Shown here: in pieces, positions 48,231-57,479 of the stretch
Position numbering within the stretch: position 1 is the stretch's first letter
Layout of the letters: every line of letters begins with the position of its first letter
Virus record (IMG/VR): IMGVR_UViG_2684623068_000003
DNA length: 64,000 nt
Direction: 5' to 3' (one strand)
Source of the DNA: an uncultured virus (IMG/VR IMGVR_UViG_2684623068_000003)
Lineage: Duplodnaviria; Heunggongvirae; Uroviricota; Caudoviricetes
Made by a program: the position numbers and the translations under genes
The notes under the pieces: model-generated
Seen by the model: only the letters and a program-made list of their open reading frames with translations
What the model was told of the DNA's origin: nothing
Database searches by the model: none

Positions 48231-49145
48231 CTAGTGCTTTTCAAGTATTTCATACGAGAACTCCACATGTGGATGAACATACTCTGCTGAATTAATCTCA
48301 CGTTGCACATTATCAATTGTTACAACGCAGAGAACCCCATTGGTGTTTAGTAGGACAGCCTTTTGCCCTACAGCCGGAGTAACAGAACGACCTGGAGTTA
48401 AGAAAGAATTGACAGTCAAGGGATCAAAATCTGCAACTGTAATCAACCCGACGGCTTTGAGTCCACCATCTATATAGAGGTAAACACTACTGTCTGAGTG
48501 TGCACTAAATGCTATTTTAAACTGATATTCACTGTTACCAATCGTATAGTGGGCATTGTCTTTGAAGCGAAAAATCTCGCGTCCCTTGAGTGCTGGATTC
48601 GCATAATGCGAAGGAGCACGAAGAATATCAATATGTTCAAGCCTTGCAATACGTTGACGATAAACCGATAATGGAGTCGTATGCTTTTTATCTGTTGGCA
48701 GTCCTTCAATCCAACGCCAAATAGCATCGATCTGTATAGAGCCAGGAAATTCATTTCTATCAGGATTAGAATTAAAGTCAAAGCCCTTAGGATTATGCCC
48801 CTCAAGCCAATTAGGTAGTTTTCGCTCAGGATTTCGAACAAAGATAACCGACAACCATGTCGAGTGCTTTGTCATAAAAGCTTCACTTATCCATTTGTTT
48901 TCGATACCAACCCCTGAATTCGGTTTGTTATTAGCTCGTTGGACATAGTTATCGTCGACAATCAACAGTACATGATCGGTTTCGATAACCTCTCGCATGA
49001 AACCAGATAAGCTTGAACCATATTTTACAGATTCATCGATTTTAACCGTATAGCCAATAAGGTCGAGATGGCTTGCAATTAGTCGAACCCATTCCCTATG
49101 GACATCTGAAGTCCAAGCGTATGAAATAAATAAATCGGTTTTCAT
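48231..49145 (-). CDS. TIR (TIR_2/SEFIR-like) domain protein with beta-rich C-terminal domain
   Basis: LFISYAW..HREWV..ID..G.SL..FM..VLLIVDDNY..GVGIE (putative catalytic Glu). Confidence 0.88.
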   Translation of the reverse strand: MKTDLFISYAWTSDVHREWVRLIASHLDLIGYTVKIDESVKYGSSLSGFMREVIETDHVLLIVDDNYVQRANNKPNSGVGIENKWISEAFMTKHSTWLSVIFVRNPERKLPNWLEGHNPKGFDFNSNPDRNEFPGSIQIDAIWRWIEGLPTDKKHTTPLSVYRQRIARLEHIDILRAPSHYANPALKGREIFRFKDNAHYTIGNSEYQFKIAFSAHSDSSVYLYIDGGLKAVGLITVADFDPLTVNSFLTPGRSVTPAVGQKAVLLNTNGVLCVVTIDNVQREINSAEYVHPHVEFSYEILEKH

Positions 49146-49289
49146 TCATTAAGCCCAGCTTAAGTTGTGTGATAAGATAATTGTCTATCCCGAATGCTCG
49201 TTTGACAAATTTTTTTAAACTCCCCCTGAGATAGAAAAACCTTACTTGAGTTATCGGTATAAAGCAACCGCACAGAGGTCTCCAACTCA

Positions 49290-49317
49290 TCGTCCGCCCT
49301 TCGCTCAGAGCTGCCTT
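49290..49317 (+). repeat. Type A site
   Basis: TCGTCCGCCCT-TCGCTC-AGAGCTGCCTT. Confidence 0.75.
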
Positions 49318-49349
49318 TCATGCCTGCTTATAAAATAGGCTTAGCGTAG

Positions 49350-49644
49350 GATAGTTAGGGGCACGACGACTACGATTTATCCGCGTATCCACACCGCCTT
49401 CATCGGCCAGTTCGCGGTAACCATAGAACGAATCACGTGAAATTCCCATGATTTTACAGGCTTTTGATACATTGCTGAGTTCTTCAGCCAAATTGAGTAA
49501 ACCGGCTTTGTGTTTGATAATGCGATTGGTAGTATGAAGCATGAGAGTTACCTTGTGTTTTGTGTAAGGATTCGACACTCATATCAAAACCGGTAATCCT
49601 CAACCTTTCAAGGCCATGTGTCAGATCAAGTCGCGACTGATACA
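49350..49644 (-). mobile_element. IS481-family remnant (left end plus truncated transposase)
   Basis: End TGTATCAGTCGCGACTTGATCTGACA (49619-49644); MLHTTNRIIKHKAGLLNLAEELSNVSKACKIMGISRDSFY. Confidence 0.85.
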
Positions 49645-49672
49645 GGTAATGTGTCCACCACGCTAAATTTGA

Positions 49673-50416
49673 TTAACTCTCAAGAGTATCAAGGCCTTCT
49701 ACGTAATTTTTTTTCAAATCTTCTATAAGCTTGGGTAGTTTTCTGATTATGCTTTCATCCCTATAAAAATCGGTATGTTCAGCCTGTGTCAGAAAATCTA
49801 TAATATCAGTTCGAGTGTGAATCCCTTTATTTTCATCATAGCAGTCCACAAAGGCTTTAATCCCATAAAAAAGGTCTACTCGTCGTTCCTGTAAGGTTTT
49901 ATTCTTGCTCAACAATAGTTCATTTTCTTTCTGTAGCTCTAAATTTTCTTGCTCTAAGTTATTGGCTTTCTTGGTTTTATCCGCTATAGATGCTCTTAAT
50001 TTTTGGTACTCATTTTCCACCTCAAGGTCAGCCATCCCATCTTCGCGCCTGATTTTTGCAAACCACTTCGAGGTGAATTTGGAAACATTATAAGTTACAA
50101 ATGGGGCACCTAGAGAGACTATTAATCCTGTAACAAGAGGCAATCCAAAATGTGCAGACCATGGTGATAAAAAGAAATCGCCAATGAAGGGAAGACAGAA
50201 ACTCTGACCAGTGAAAATCATAGACAGGGTGTAATAAATATCCTCTTTGGTCTTGATTAAAATAATTATTTCTTGCCAATTTAGGACAAAAAATGAAACT
50301 AAGACGTAGAAGTATATTTTATTAAATAATTTAGTTCTTAATTCGCCATGTAATGTTCCCAATACACTTGGCTTATCAAGCTTATCCTCACTGTTATTTG
50401 CACTTTCCACACTCAT
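49673..50416 (-). CDS. Hypothetical membrane protein with coiled coil
   Basis: 247 aa; hydrophobic N-half, LEQENLELQKENELL heptads; AT-rich. Confidence 0.75.
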   Translation of the reverse strand: MSVESANNSEDKLDKPSVLGTLHGELRTKLFNKIYFYVLVSFFVLNWQEIIILIKTKEDIYYTLSMIFTGQSFCLPFIGDFFLSPWSAHFGLPLVTGLIVSLGAPFVTYNVSKFTSKWFAKIRREDGMADLEVENEYQKLRASIADKTKKANNLEQENLELQKENELLLSKNKTLQERRVDLFYGIKAFVDCYDENKGIHTRTDIIDFLTQAEHTDFYRDESIIRKLPKLIEDLKKNYVEGLDTLES

Positions 50417-50502
50417 AGCCCTTTATATACTCAGTTTATATTAATCCATTAACGAATAGCACCGCTGCAAACAACCGGTGCTATTCAACATAATTTAATT
50501 TT

Positions 50503-50922
50503 TTATAAAAACAATTCTGGTTTCACACCAAAACGAGCCGACAGTGCCTTAATGTGAGTAATGGTCAAAGAGCGCTGGCCAGACAGAATCTGGCTAACCA
50601 GTGATTTAGAGCCGATCTCCTCTTTGAGATCAGAGTAAGACAGCTTGTGCTGGTCAATCAGGGTACGCAGCAGTGCAACGCCGACCGGCATTTCAGCGTT
50701 AGCTTTGTTGAATTCAGCGAAACGAGGGCTATTATCTTCATAGTCGGCAATCTTACTCACCAAAAAGTCAATAAGCGGGTTCTCGTCGTCGTTCTCGATC
50801 AAGTAGTCCACCAGCTCCAACGCTTCGCGGTAATCGCTCTCGGACGAACTGCCCCCTAGGAAGGGGACAGCAGCTATGAGTTGTTTGGTTGCTTCAATGG
50901 CTTTTGCGGTGTCGGTAATCAT
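50503..50922 (-). CDS. higA: HigA antitoxin (HTH)
   Basis: LLRTLIDQHKLSYSDLKEEIGSKSLVSQILSGQRSLT..LSARF. Confidence 0.92.
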   Translation of the reverse strand: MITDTAKAIEATKQLIAAVPFLGGSSSESDYREALELVDYLIENDDENPLIDFLVSKIADYEDNSPRFAEFNKANAEMPVGVALLRTLIDQHKLSYSDLKEEIGSKSLVSQILSGQRSLTITHIKALSARFGVKPELFL

Positions 50923-51230
50923 TCTTTGTTCTCCCTGTAATAGCGGGTCAACTTGTCGTAATCAGCGTGGGTTGCGATGTGCTTCACATAGAAGCGCTTA
51001 TTCATGAAATTGATATAGACAATAACCCTCAAGTTGTTGCCTCCTACATTTAAAACCCACCACTTGTTCCGGTACTTGAAATTATCCATGCTCGGTATCA
51101 GAGTTGGCATCTCAGTTGGAGAAGAGAAATCCGTCTCGCGCACTAAGCGGTACAGTGCCCGAATGGCTAACGAATCGTTGGGATATCGCTTTGCCGCTTC
51201 CTCAAAAGGCTCTTTTGAAATTACGTGCAT
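50919..51230 (-). CDS. higB: HigB toxin (RelE-like mRNase)
   Basis: MHVISKEPF..WWVLNVGGNNLR..FYVKHIATHADYD; toxin-first order. Confidence 0.92.
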   Translation of the reverse strand: MHVISKEPFEEAAKRYPNDSLAIRALYRLVRETDFSSPTEMPTLIPSMDNFKYRNKWWVLNVGGNNLRVIVYINFMNKRFYVKHIATHADYDKLTRYYRENKE

Positions 51231-51411
51231 TTTGCGGCCATTCTATCCGTTTACATTATATGAACATGATAGTGCCACCCTTTACCGTTTGCAATATGTA
51301 AACGGTGACTTTTCATTTCATAACCTCGGAAAAATCCCTACTTAACCTGAACCGAGTGGACCTTGAGGGCATGATCTGCTCCCTGTTGATTCACACTGAA
51401 TGCTGTTAGCA

Positions 51412-51439
51412 ATGTCCGCTCCTCGCTCAAAGCGGACTG
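51412..51439 (+). repeat. Type A site (S-proximal)
   Basis: ATGTCCGCTCC-TCGCTC-AAAGCGGACTG, internal dyad GTCCGCT/AGCGGAC. Confidence 0.88.
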
Positions 51440-51492
51440 CTAGTGTTAACTTTACTTTGAGCAAACTTTTGGATACTGGTGACTAAAACTTA

Positions 51493-52404
51493 TCACCCGC
51501 TAAGAAATGCGGTGACGACATCCTCAACGATATGCTTATCCGATGCACTAAACCCTAATAGCGGGCGTGCATCATACTTCACCTCACGGCTAAAGCGGTT
51601 CGGCTTATCGCTTAAGCCCTCTTGATGTATCCGCGCCATACGCTGAACACGCCCGACAAACTCGACCACGGCGGCATCGCTTGAGCCTTGCGCTTTCATA
51701 AAGCGATTGGTGCGCAGCTTCGCAAACATCTGGCGCTTTACGCGGCCTCGTTTGCCGCTGGTTGGTTGTGGCTTTCGGCTGGCGTAGGGTGTGCCGTCGG
51801 GCGCTTTCTGTTGCTTAATGTGCTGTTGCTGACTGGTGCGCAAGCGCTTCGCCACTTTCACCGCAATTTTGCGGCGCTGCACCGGCGTTAGGTTGCCAAT
51901 CAGCCCCGCGAGCCTGTCCTCAAACTGTTTGAGCTCACTCATATCCCACTGACTCACTAGCTCGCCGTTGATATAGAGCTCCATGGGGCGCTCAACCGGC
52001 TGCGGGATTTGTGGCTCGTTAAGGTGCTTCACATGAAGCGCCCTATCCACCTGTTTGACGATAACGCGCTCGGTGAGGCGCAGACTAAAACTGACATCGA
52101 TACTTTCGTGATTATTCAGGTCAGCAAAGTAAGTGAAGCCGTTCCGTTTGCCCTCATCAGTGGTCATGATATCCGGCTGGTTTTCGCGGAGCCATGCGTT
52201 AATCGGCACAATGAGCAAATCCAGATCGCCAGAATAATCGGTTATGGTCACATTGAGCGTGTACAGATTTTCATGCGATAGCGTCGCGGCTAGCGTGGTC
52301 GCAATCGTCCCGTTATCTACAAACAGGCGCAGCATATCGGGATTTTTACGCAGCACCGGCGCGGCTTTCTCAAGCGCTTCGCGCAGACTTTTGGGCTTTA
52401 ACAT
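51493..52404 (-). CDS. In-frame gpR-gpS fusion
   Basis: 303 aa = R (..ELVSQWD) + S (MSELKQF..); TGGGATATGAGT versus TGGGATGAATGA in prophage 1. Confidence 0.88.
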   Translation of the reverse strand: MLKPKSLREALEKAAPVLRKNPDMLRLFVDNGTIATTLAATLSHENLYTLNVTITDYSGDLDLLIVPINAWLRENQPDIMTTDEGKRNGFTYFADLNNHESIDVSFSLRLTERVIVKQVDRALHVKHLNEPQIPQPVERPMELYINGELVSQWDMSELKQFEDRLAGLIGNLTPVQRRKIAVKVAKRLRTSQQQHIKQQKAPDGTPYASRKPQPTSGKRGRVKRQMFAKLRTNRFMKAQGSSDAAVVEFVGRVQRMARIHQEGLSDKPNRFSREVKYDARPLLGFSASDKHIVEDVVTAFLSG

Positions 52405-52657
52405 CGTGTGACTCCTGGCACTGTTTCACGGTTTCCACCTGTAGCGCACAGCTCACCAGTGCGCGCTCTAATTGGCGGTTGTCTTCACTCAGATCGCCGT
52501 TAGTTTTCGGTAGGCTTGCCGGTATCGGGCAGCTCGTCACCTTCGGACAACCAACGTAGATAAGCGTCGGGGGTATCAAAGGCGGGACGGGTGTGCAACC
52601 TTGCAATGTCATCAGGCAAAGCAGACTGATACCAATCGCGCAGCGCTTTATTTTCAT
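52370..52657 (-). CDS. lysC: Spanin lipoprotein LysC
   Basis: Near-identical to 18448-18735. Confidence 0.85.
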   Translation of the reverse strand: MKIKRCAIGISLLCLMTLQGCTPVPPLIPPTLIYVGCPKVTSCPIPASLPKTNGDLSEDNRQLERALVSCALQVETVKQCQESHDVKAQKSARSA

Positions 52658-52925
52658 TGAGTAGCCTCGTTATTTTTTGGTCTTTGCCGGTGGCGAGCTG
52701 CTGCGCGTGGCTAAGTTTCTGACGTAATACCACCTGAGCGCGTTCGCTGCGGTTAGCGTTATCGCGCACTACGTTGAGCTGATTGTTTAAGGTGGCAAGG
52801 TCATTTTTTTGCATACCGATGGTTTGCGTGGCGGCGCTGAGGGTTTGCCCCAGCTCGCGATTTTCACGCTTTAACCACCACAGGCCGACCATGGCCACTA
52901 TCAGCAAGATAATCAGCGTTTTCAT
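52500..52925 (-). CDS. lysB: Spanin LysB
   Basis: Homologue of 18180-18620, 5 aa shorter. Confidence 0.9.
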   Translation of the reverse strand: MKTLIILLIVAMVGLWWLKRENRELGQTLSAATQTIGMQKNDLATLNNQLNVVRDNANRSERAQVVLRQKLSHAQQLATGKDQKITRLLNENKALRDWYQSALPDDIARLHTRPAFDTPDAYLRWLSEGDELPDTGKPTEN

Positions 52926-53422
52926 TGAGCGAGCTCGCCCCCAGCTGCGCGATAGACCTCGACCAGTTTGTCGAGTTGGTGCTCTCGCTGGCCGTAACCG
53001 GCACCCGGCAGGGATGCCCAAATGTTTCGGCACTTGCTAATCGCTTGCTCAATATCACCGCGCTCGATATCCGCAAGGCTTCGCTGCTCGGTCAGTAATT
53101 GCACCGCGAGGCGGTCTTGTGATGACGGGCTAAAGTCAGGCAGTGAAAGCAATGCTTTATAGTGCGGCCAGTAGCGATAAAGCTGCTGATAACGCCCCGA
53201 GGCGGTCGAGCGCTCACCGCGTCGGTTGAAGGTTTTCGCGGGACGACCGTGCGCAAACGGGTGATCGCTGTAGTCGGTGAAAATCTCCGGCTTGCCATCA
53301 ATACCCGTCACCACCACGTCATAGCCCTGATTTCGGGTGAGTGGATGGGTCGCCGTTCCCTCAGAAAACGCCAGCATATCGAGAAACGCGGCGACGTTTG
53401 GATGGACTTTAATCACGGCCAT
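52922..53422 (-). CDS. K: Endolysin
   Basis: Near-identical to 17683-18183. Confidence 0.95.
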   Translation of the reverse strand: MAVIKVHPNVAAFLDMLAFSEGTATHPLTRNQGYDVVVTGIDGKPEIFTDYSDHPFAHGRPAKTFNRRGERSTASGRYQQLYRYWPHYKALLSLPDFSPSSQDRLAVQLLTEQRSLADIERGDIEQAISKCRNIWASLPGAGYGQREHQLDKLVEVYRAAGGELAQ

Positions 53423-53718
53423 TATTTATCCCCTTTGTCGGTTTTGTTTTCTTTGCTTAGGCGGCGCTGGATAAAGATTTCCACCACCTGATAACCGGCG
53501 ATCCCCAGCATGGCCGCGATACCATAGATAGCCACTGGATTAATCTCGGGAAACTGCACCAGCACAACGCCTGATACCATGGAAACAAAGCCGCCGAGCA
53601 ACATGCGGCCAATGAAAAGCCGAGGCGTGATGGGCTCCCCACCGGCGAGCACCTTACCCACGACAATCAGCGCGCCGGTAAGGAACAGCGTCACTACGGT
53701 CTTATCGGATTCGATCAT
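53422..53718 (-). CDS. Y: Holin
   Basis: 98 aa, three TM segments. Confidence 0.9.
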   Translation of the reverse strand: MIESDKTVVTLFLTGALIVVGKVLAGGEPITPRLFIGRMLLGGFVSMVSGVVLVQFPEINPVAIYGIAAMLGIAGYQVVEIFIQRRLSKENKTDKGDK

Positions 53719-53721
53719 GAA

Positions 53722-53925
53722 TTAATCCCATAAATTGACAGTCTTCGACGTGGTCGAGGACTCAACGACCGGCAACTCGACAGCGGTGCCATGCGGTAAC
53801 ACCGCGCCCAGTTCAGCCAGTCCCGGATTGACTGCGAGCACCGCCTCGACCACGCCCTCGGTGCGCCCGTAACGGCGATAACACAGGGCGTCGAGAGTGT
53901 CCCCCTGTGAGGCGATAACGCGCAT
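53722..53925 (-). CDS. X: Tail protein X
   Basis: Near-identical to 17180-17383. Confidence 0.95.
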   Translation of the reverse strand: MRVIASQGDTLDALCYRRYGRTEGVVEAVLAVNPGLAELGAVLPHGTAVELPVVESSTTSKTVNLWD

Positions 53926-54431
53926 TAGATTTGCCCTATGATGGATTTAGGCCGCCCTTCTAAGCGACTCACCGCCCAGCGTGCATCGCGCCACAGCGTG
54001 TCAGCGGTGCTCTCAACGGTGTCGGCTTTCCGGTCGCCTTTGGCGCTGGCGTCATAGCCGCGATAACGCTCGTAGACGCTGGCACTGGCAAAGGCCGACA
54101 CGGCGCGCAGGTAGTGAAAACATTTTTCACTTTCACCATCGATTTTCTCGGCGGGAACCTCCGCTAAACAGGCGTAGCCTGCGGCGATATTGCGCTCACG
54201 AAAGAGATGTAACTCAGCGTTGGTTTCGGCAATCCCCATGCGGATCGCTTCACGCAATCGCTCAGGCGTTACCACATACTCAAGGCGCATGAGCTCACGG
54301 ATACGCACCGGGTCGATATCCGGCCAGAAATAGGTGTTTTTAATCACCGGCTCACGCGATTCAGGCGCAGGAATGACTATCCCTGATGCGTCGGTATTCT
54401 CATCCGAGGCAGGAATGATGATTGTCGTCAT
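53925..54431 (-). CDS. L: Head completion protein gpL
   Basis: IKNTYFWPDIDP..LWRDARWAVS. Confidence 0.92.
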   Translation of the reverse strand: MTTIIIPASDENTDASGIVIPAPESREPVIKNTYFWPDIDPVRIRELMRLEYVVTPERLREAIRMGIAETNAELHLFRERNIAAGYACLAEVPAEKIDGESEKCFHYLRAVSAFASASVYERYRGYDASAKGDRKADTVESTADTLWRDARWAVSRLEGRPKSIIGQI

Positions 54432-54524
54432 GACAAATCCTTGTAATGGGTGGGCGGTGGACGCAGAAGCCAATCAGAGCAAGCCTGTTTTCTCTGCGTG
54501 CCGCCCGGCGCGGGGCGCGTTCTG

Positions 54525-55304
54525 TTAGCGGCGAGCGGTGGCGCTCGTCGGTTTGCGCGTGCGAGTGGCTGATTTAGCCGGTGTTTTCGCACGCTTCGCT
54601 GTTTTGGGTTTGGCGCGTTCTTTCGGTTTTGGCGCGGGAGCCGGTTCGGGGTCACTGGCGGCCTTAATGGCTCGCTCCAGTCGCTCGATATCCTTTTTCA
54701 CACCGGCCAATCGGTCGAGCTGCATGGCGCGTTTAAGGTGCTCTAGCGCTTGGAGCGCCGCGCCCTCATCACGCAGTACCAGCCCGGTGATTTTGTGCAG
54801 TTTGGCGCGCACTTTATCCGGCATATCGGCGCTTTCGGTCAGCGCCATGGTGTCGAGTAGCAACGACACGGCCACTGGCTCACCGGCAGTACGTAAACGC
54901 TCGGCGGCGATAGCCACATCCTCAGCCAAAAAATAACCGGTGGGTCGGTTGAGATGTGACGGCATAGCGAGGCCGTATTTCAGGGCGTAGCGGGCAATCT
55001 CCAGCGCGCCGGCAATATCATTGGCGTCGAGCTTCCACACCATGACGGTCATTAAAACCGCATCTTGAGCGCCTCGGCCTTCGGCCAAAACGCCCGCAAC
55101 CCATGGCGCGTACTCCGGCAACATGCCGCGCTTAATCTCGGCTTTACGCTCGAATGAGTGCACGCCTTTTAACGTGCGCATATCACCGGCTAAACGCATG
55201 AGCACCAGCTCGTATCCGCTGGCGTGGCGCAACGCGCTGTTTTCGCGCTGCGCCGCCTCTTGTGCCGATACCCGCATCATGTGACGTTGTGCAGGGCTCG
55301 CCAT
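54525..55304 (-). CDS. M: Terminase small subunit gpM
   Basis: SPAQRHMMRVSA; basic Pro/Lys-rich C-terminal tail. Confidence 0.94.
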   Translation of the reverse strand: MASPAQRHMMRVSAQEAAQRENSALRHASGYELVLMRLAGDMRTLKGVHSFERKAEIKRGMLPEYAPWVAGVLAEGRGAQDAVLMTVMVWKLDANDIAGALEIARYALKYGLAMPSHLNRPTGYFLAEDVAIAAERLRTAGEPVAVSLLLDTMALTESADMPDKVRAKLHKITGLVLRDEGAALQALEHLKRAMQLDRLAGVKKDIERLERAIKAASDPEPAPAPKPKERAKPKTAKRAKTPAKSATRTRKPTSATARR

Positions 55305-55306
55305 GA

Positions 55307-56401
55307 TTATTCCTCGGTCGGCTTATCATCAACCGGCGCGGATGCCTGTTCCGGCGCTGCGGGCGCTTTAAAGGTGCCAACCTTGATATTTTCAATCAGG
55401 CACGCGCAGCCGTAATCCTCGACTACAAAATCGACTTTCAGCGACTCATAGTTTTCGACGCGGTCACGCTTGGCGTTCTCCTCGATATGGCGGCGGTGCG
55501 AGCTGTCCATGATGTAAATAGACAGGTTATCGAGGCGCGTCACCATCATGGCATCGGCGGGGAAGTACGGCACACGTACCGCCGGTAAGTTACCGATGCG
55601 TTTCTGGCTGACAATCACGTCGGCGGCCATGGCTTCGGTGTTCGGCTGCTCTTGGTTCACCAGCGGGAAATACTTGTCCGCTAACAGCTGACGACCACAG
55701 ATAACCACAAGGTCAGGGTCTTCTTGGTGCCATGGGTCGATCATGCTGTTGGTCGCATCCATCACCACGGCGTCAAGGTTGGCATAATCGCCGTTTTTAC
55801 CTACGCGAATGACGTCAGACACGGTGCCATCTTCGGCGGTATAGCTGTCCATGACGCGCTGCGGAGCTTCATTGCGTAACTTCTGCAACCAACCGACGGC
55901 TAAGTCCTGCAACATTGGATTTTTACTACGGTCAGACTTCGGTGCACGGGCAATGCCGTTAAAACCGGCCATGATGTAATCGAGCGCCTGACGCTTGGCA
56001 ATCGCATCGCGTAAACGGATCTGGAAGTCCTGATAACGCGCCCACAGGTCGAGGGTGTTGTAACGGATGTGAAAGTCAAAATTGACCTGTTCACATTTGT
56101 ATTTACGCGACGTTAGCGCGGCAAAATCGGCGGTTTCACGCTCGCCGCCGTTGTCAGTGTCGGCGGTGCTGGCGATAGAGCCGGTGACGCCGAGGCCGAT
56201 TTTCTCGCCCTCTTGCTCATCCACCGGCACCATGTTGATGCGGGTCAGAAAATCCGAGGTCTCTTGCACGGTGGTGATAAGGGTCTGCGTAACCGACGGC
56301 TCAACGCTGAATTTTTTATCGATATCGGCAACATCAACATTATTCAGCTTGGCGACTTGGGTCAGGAACGCATTAAATTTAAAACGGGTATTCTGGCGCA
56401 T
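55307..56401 (-). CDS. N: Major capsid protein gpN
   Basis: MRQNTRFKFNAFL.. Confidence 0.96.
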   Translation of the reverse strand: MRQNTRFKFNAFLTQVAKLNNVDVADIDKKFSVEPSVTQTLITTVQETSDFLTRINMVPVDEQEGEKIGLGVTGSIASTADTDNGGERETADFAALTSRKYKCEQVNFDFHIRYNTLDLWARYQDFQIRLRDAIAKRQALDYIMAGFNGIARAPKSDRSKNPMLQDLAVGWLQKLRNEAPQRVMDSYTAEDGTVSDVIRVGKNGDYANLDAVVMDATNSMIDPWHQEDPDLVVICGRQLLADKYFPLVNQEQPNTEAMAADVIVSQKRIGNLPAVRVPYFPADAMMVTRLDNLSIYIMDSSHRRHIEENAKRDRVENYESLKVDFVVEDYGCACLIENIKVGTFKAPAAPEQASAPVDDKPTEE

Positions 56402-56466
56402 AGTTTCTCTCAATCAAATAAGGGGCAGAAGGCGCAGCAATCCCGCGCCGGTTAACAGTCAAACGG

Positions 56467-57312
56467 TTAACAGTTGGTGAGGTGGATTTCTTCGCCGTTG
56501 CCACCATTGGCCGCTGGACGGCGTGACTGTCCAAAGTGCTCGGTGTTACCGAGCTGACCTTTCAGCGCTGATAATGCCTGTACGCTGTTTTCTGCGGTTT
56601 CCTGCGCGGTTTTCAGGTCATTTTCTAACGTGGTTAAACGCTGCTCGACGTCGTCCTGATAGCTTTGCACCTGCTCAGAAACGACCGAGACCGCCTCATG
56701 CACATCGTTAAAACGTGCGTCATCGTTGGCTTGCTTGCGGCTAAAAATGCGGGTGACTTTGTCAGTCAGTGTGGTGAGAAGCGTGTCGGGAACGTCCTGA
56801 AATTCCAGCGTGACCAGTGTCGCCACAGAAAACAGATCGTCCGGCTGTTCTTTTTTACCGGCGAACGGGTTCACTTTGGCCTTAGCGCTGAATTCCAGCA
56901 TCTCAGTCCCGAGGCTGGCGGGGTCATCGGTGACCGCAAGGCCAACCAGATAGGCTTTGCCCGTATTGGCAAAGTTCGGGCGAATTTCCATGGAGGTGTA
57001 AATCTTTTGCCCCGCTTTCACCATGGAGACCAAATCCTCGAGCGGAGCCATCTTGGCATAGAGTGCCAGCTTGCCGTTTAGGATAGAGTCATCCTCAATG
57101 GCTTCGGCCTTAAGCTCGACTACGTCACCAAGGCGCTTAAAATCGCCTGTTGGTAACACGCCTTTGATGTGTTCGAGATTGATGCGACAGCCACGCACTC
57201 GGGGGTCAAAGCTGTCGGCCATTTGCTGAATGTCAGTTGCTTCGATACTACGGCCATCGCAGGTGTCACCCTCGACGCCGATGCGAAACCAGTTAGATAC
57301 TTTCTTTGCCAT
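56467..57312 (-). CDS. O: Capsid scaffolding protein gpO
   Basis: FRIGVEGDTCDGR. Confidence 0.95.
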   Translation of the reverse strand: MAKKVSNWFRIGVEGDTCDGRSIEATDIQQMADSFDPRVRGCRINLEHIKGVLPTGDFKRLGDVVELKAEAIEDDSILNGKLALYAKMAPLEDLVSMVKAGQKIYTSMEIRPNFANTGKAYLVGLAVTDDPASLGTEMLEFSAKAKVNPFAGKKEQPDDLFSVATLVTLEFQDVPDTLLTTLTDKVTRIFSRKQANDDARFNDVHEAVSVVSEQVQSYQDDVEQRLTTLENDLKTAQETAENSVQALSALKGQLGNTEHFGQSRRPAANGGNGEEIHLTNC

Positions 57313-57479
57313 TGTTCAGGTGTCCTGAGTGGTGTTTAGGTTCGGGGCTAGTTTCCCCACCCAGCACTGACACCGCCATCAATCCCCGTCTGACAATCGC
57401 CTACACAACAGCCCTGTAAGGCGCGCCCTGTCTGCCTTGCGTAGCCTTGCCCTCGTTATCTATGCGAGAGGCAATATCG

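Noticed and set aside
49650..49660. GTGGACAC motifs (also ~46706) as Int arm sites inside the array
   Set aside because: Single 8-mers without the 11-bp tandem partner; chance cannot be excluded
44585..51439. CRISPR array or classical integron attC array
   Set aside because: Repeats are separated by whole genes, alternate in orientation, lack GTTRRRY/RYYYAAC cores, and no cas or intI gene is present
54525..54660. Basic low-complexity tail on gpM as a novelty
   Set aside because: Lys/Arg/Pro-rich C-terminal tails are usual in P2-family gpM
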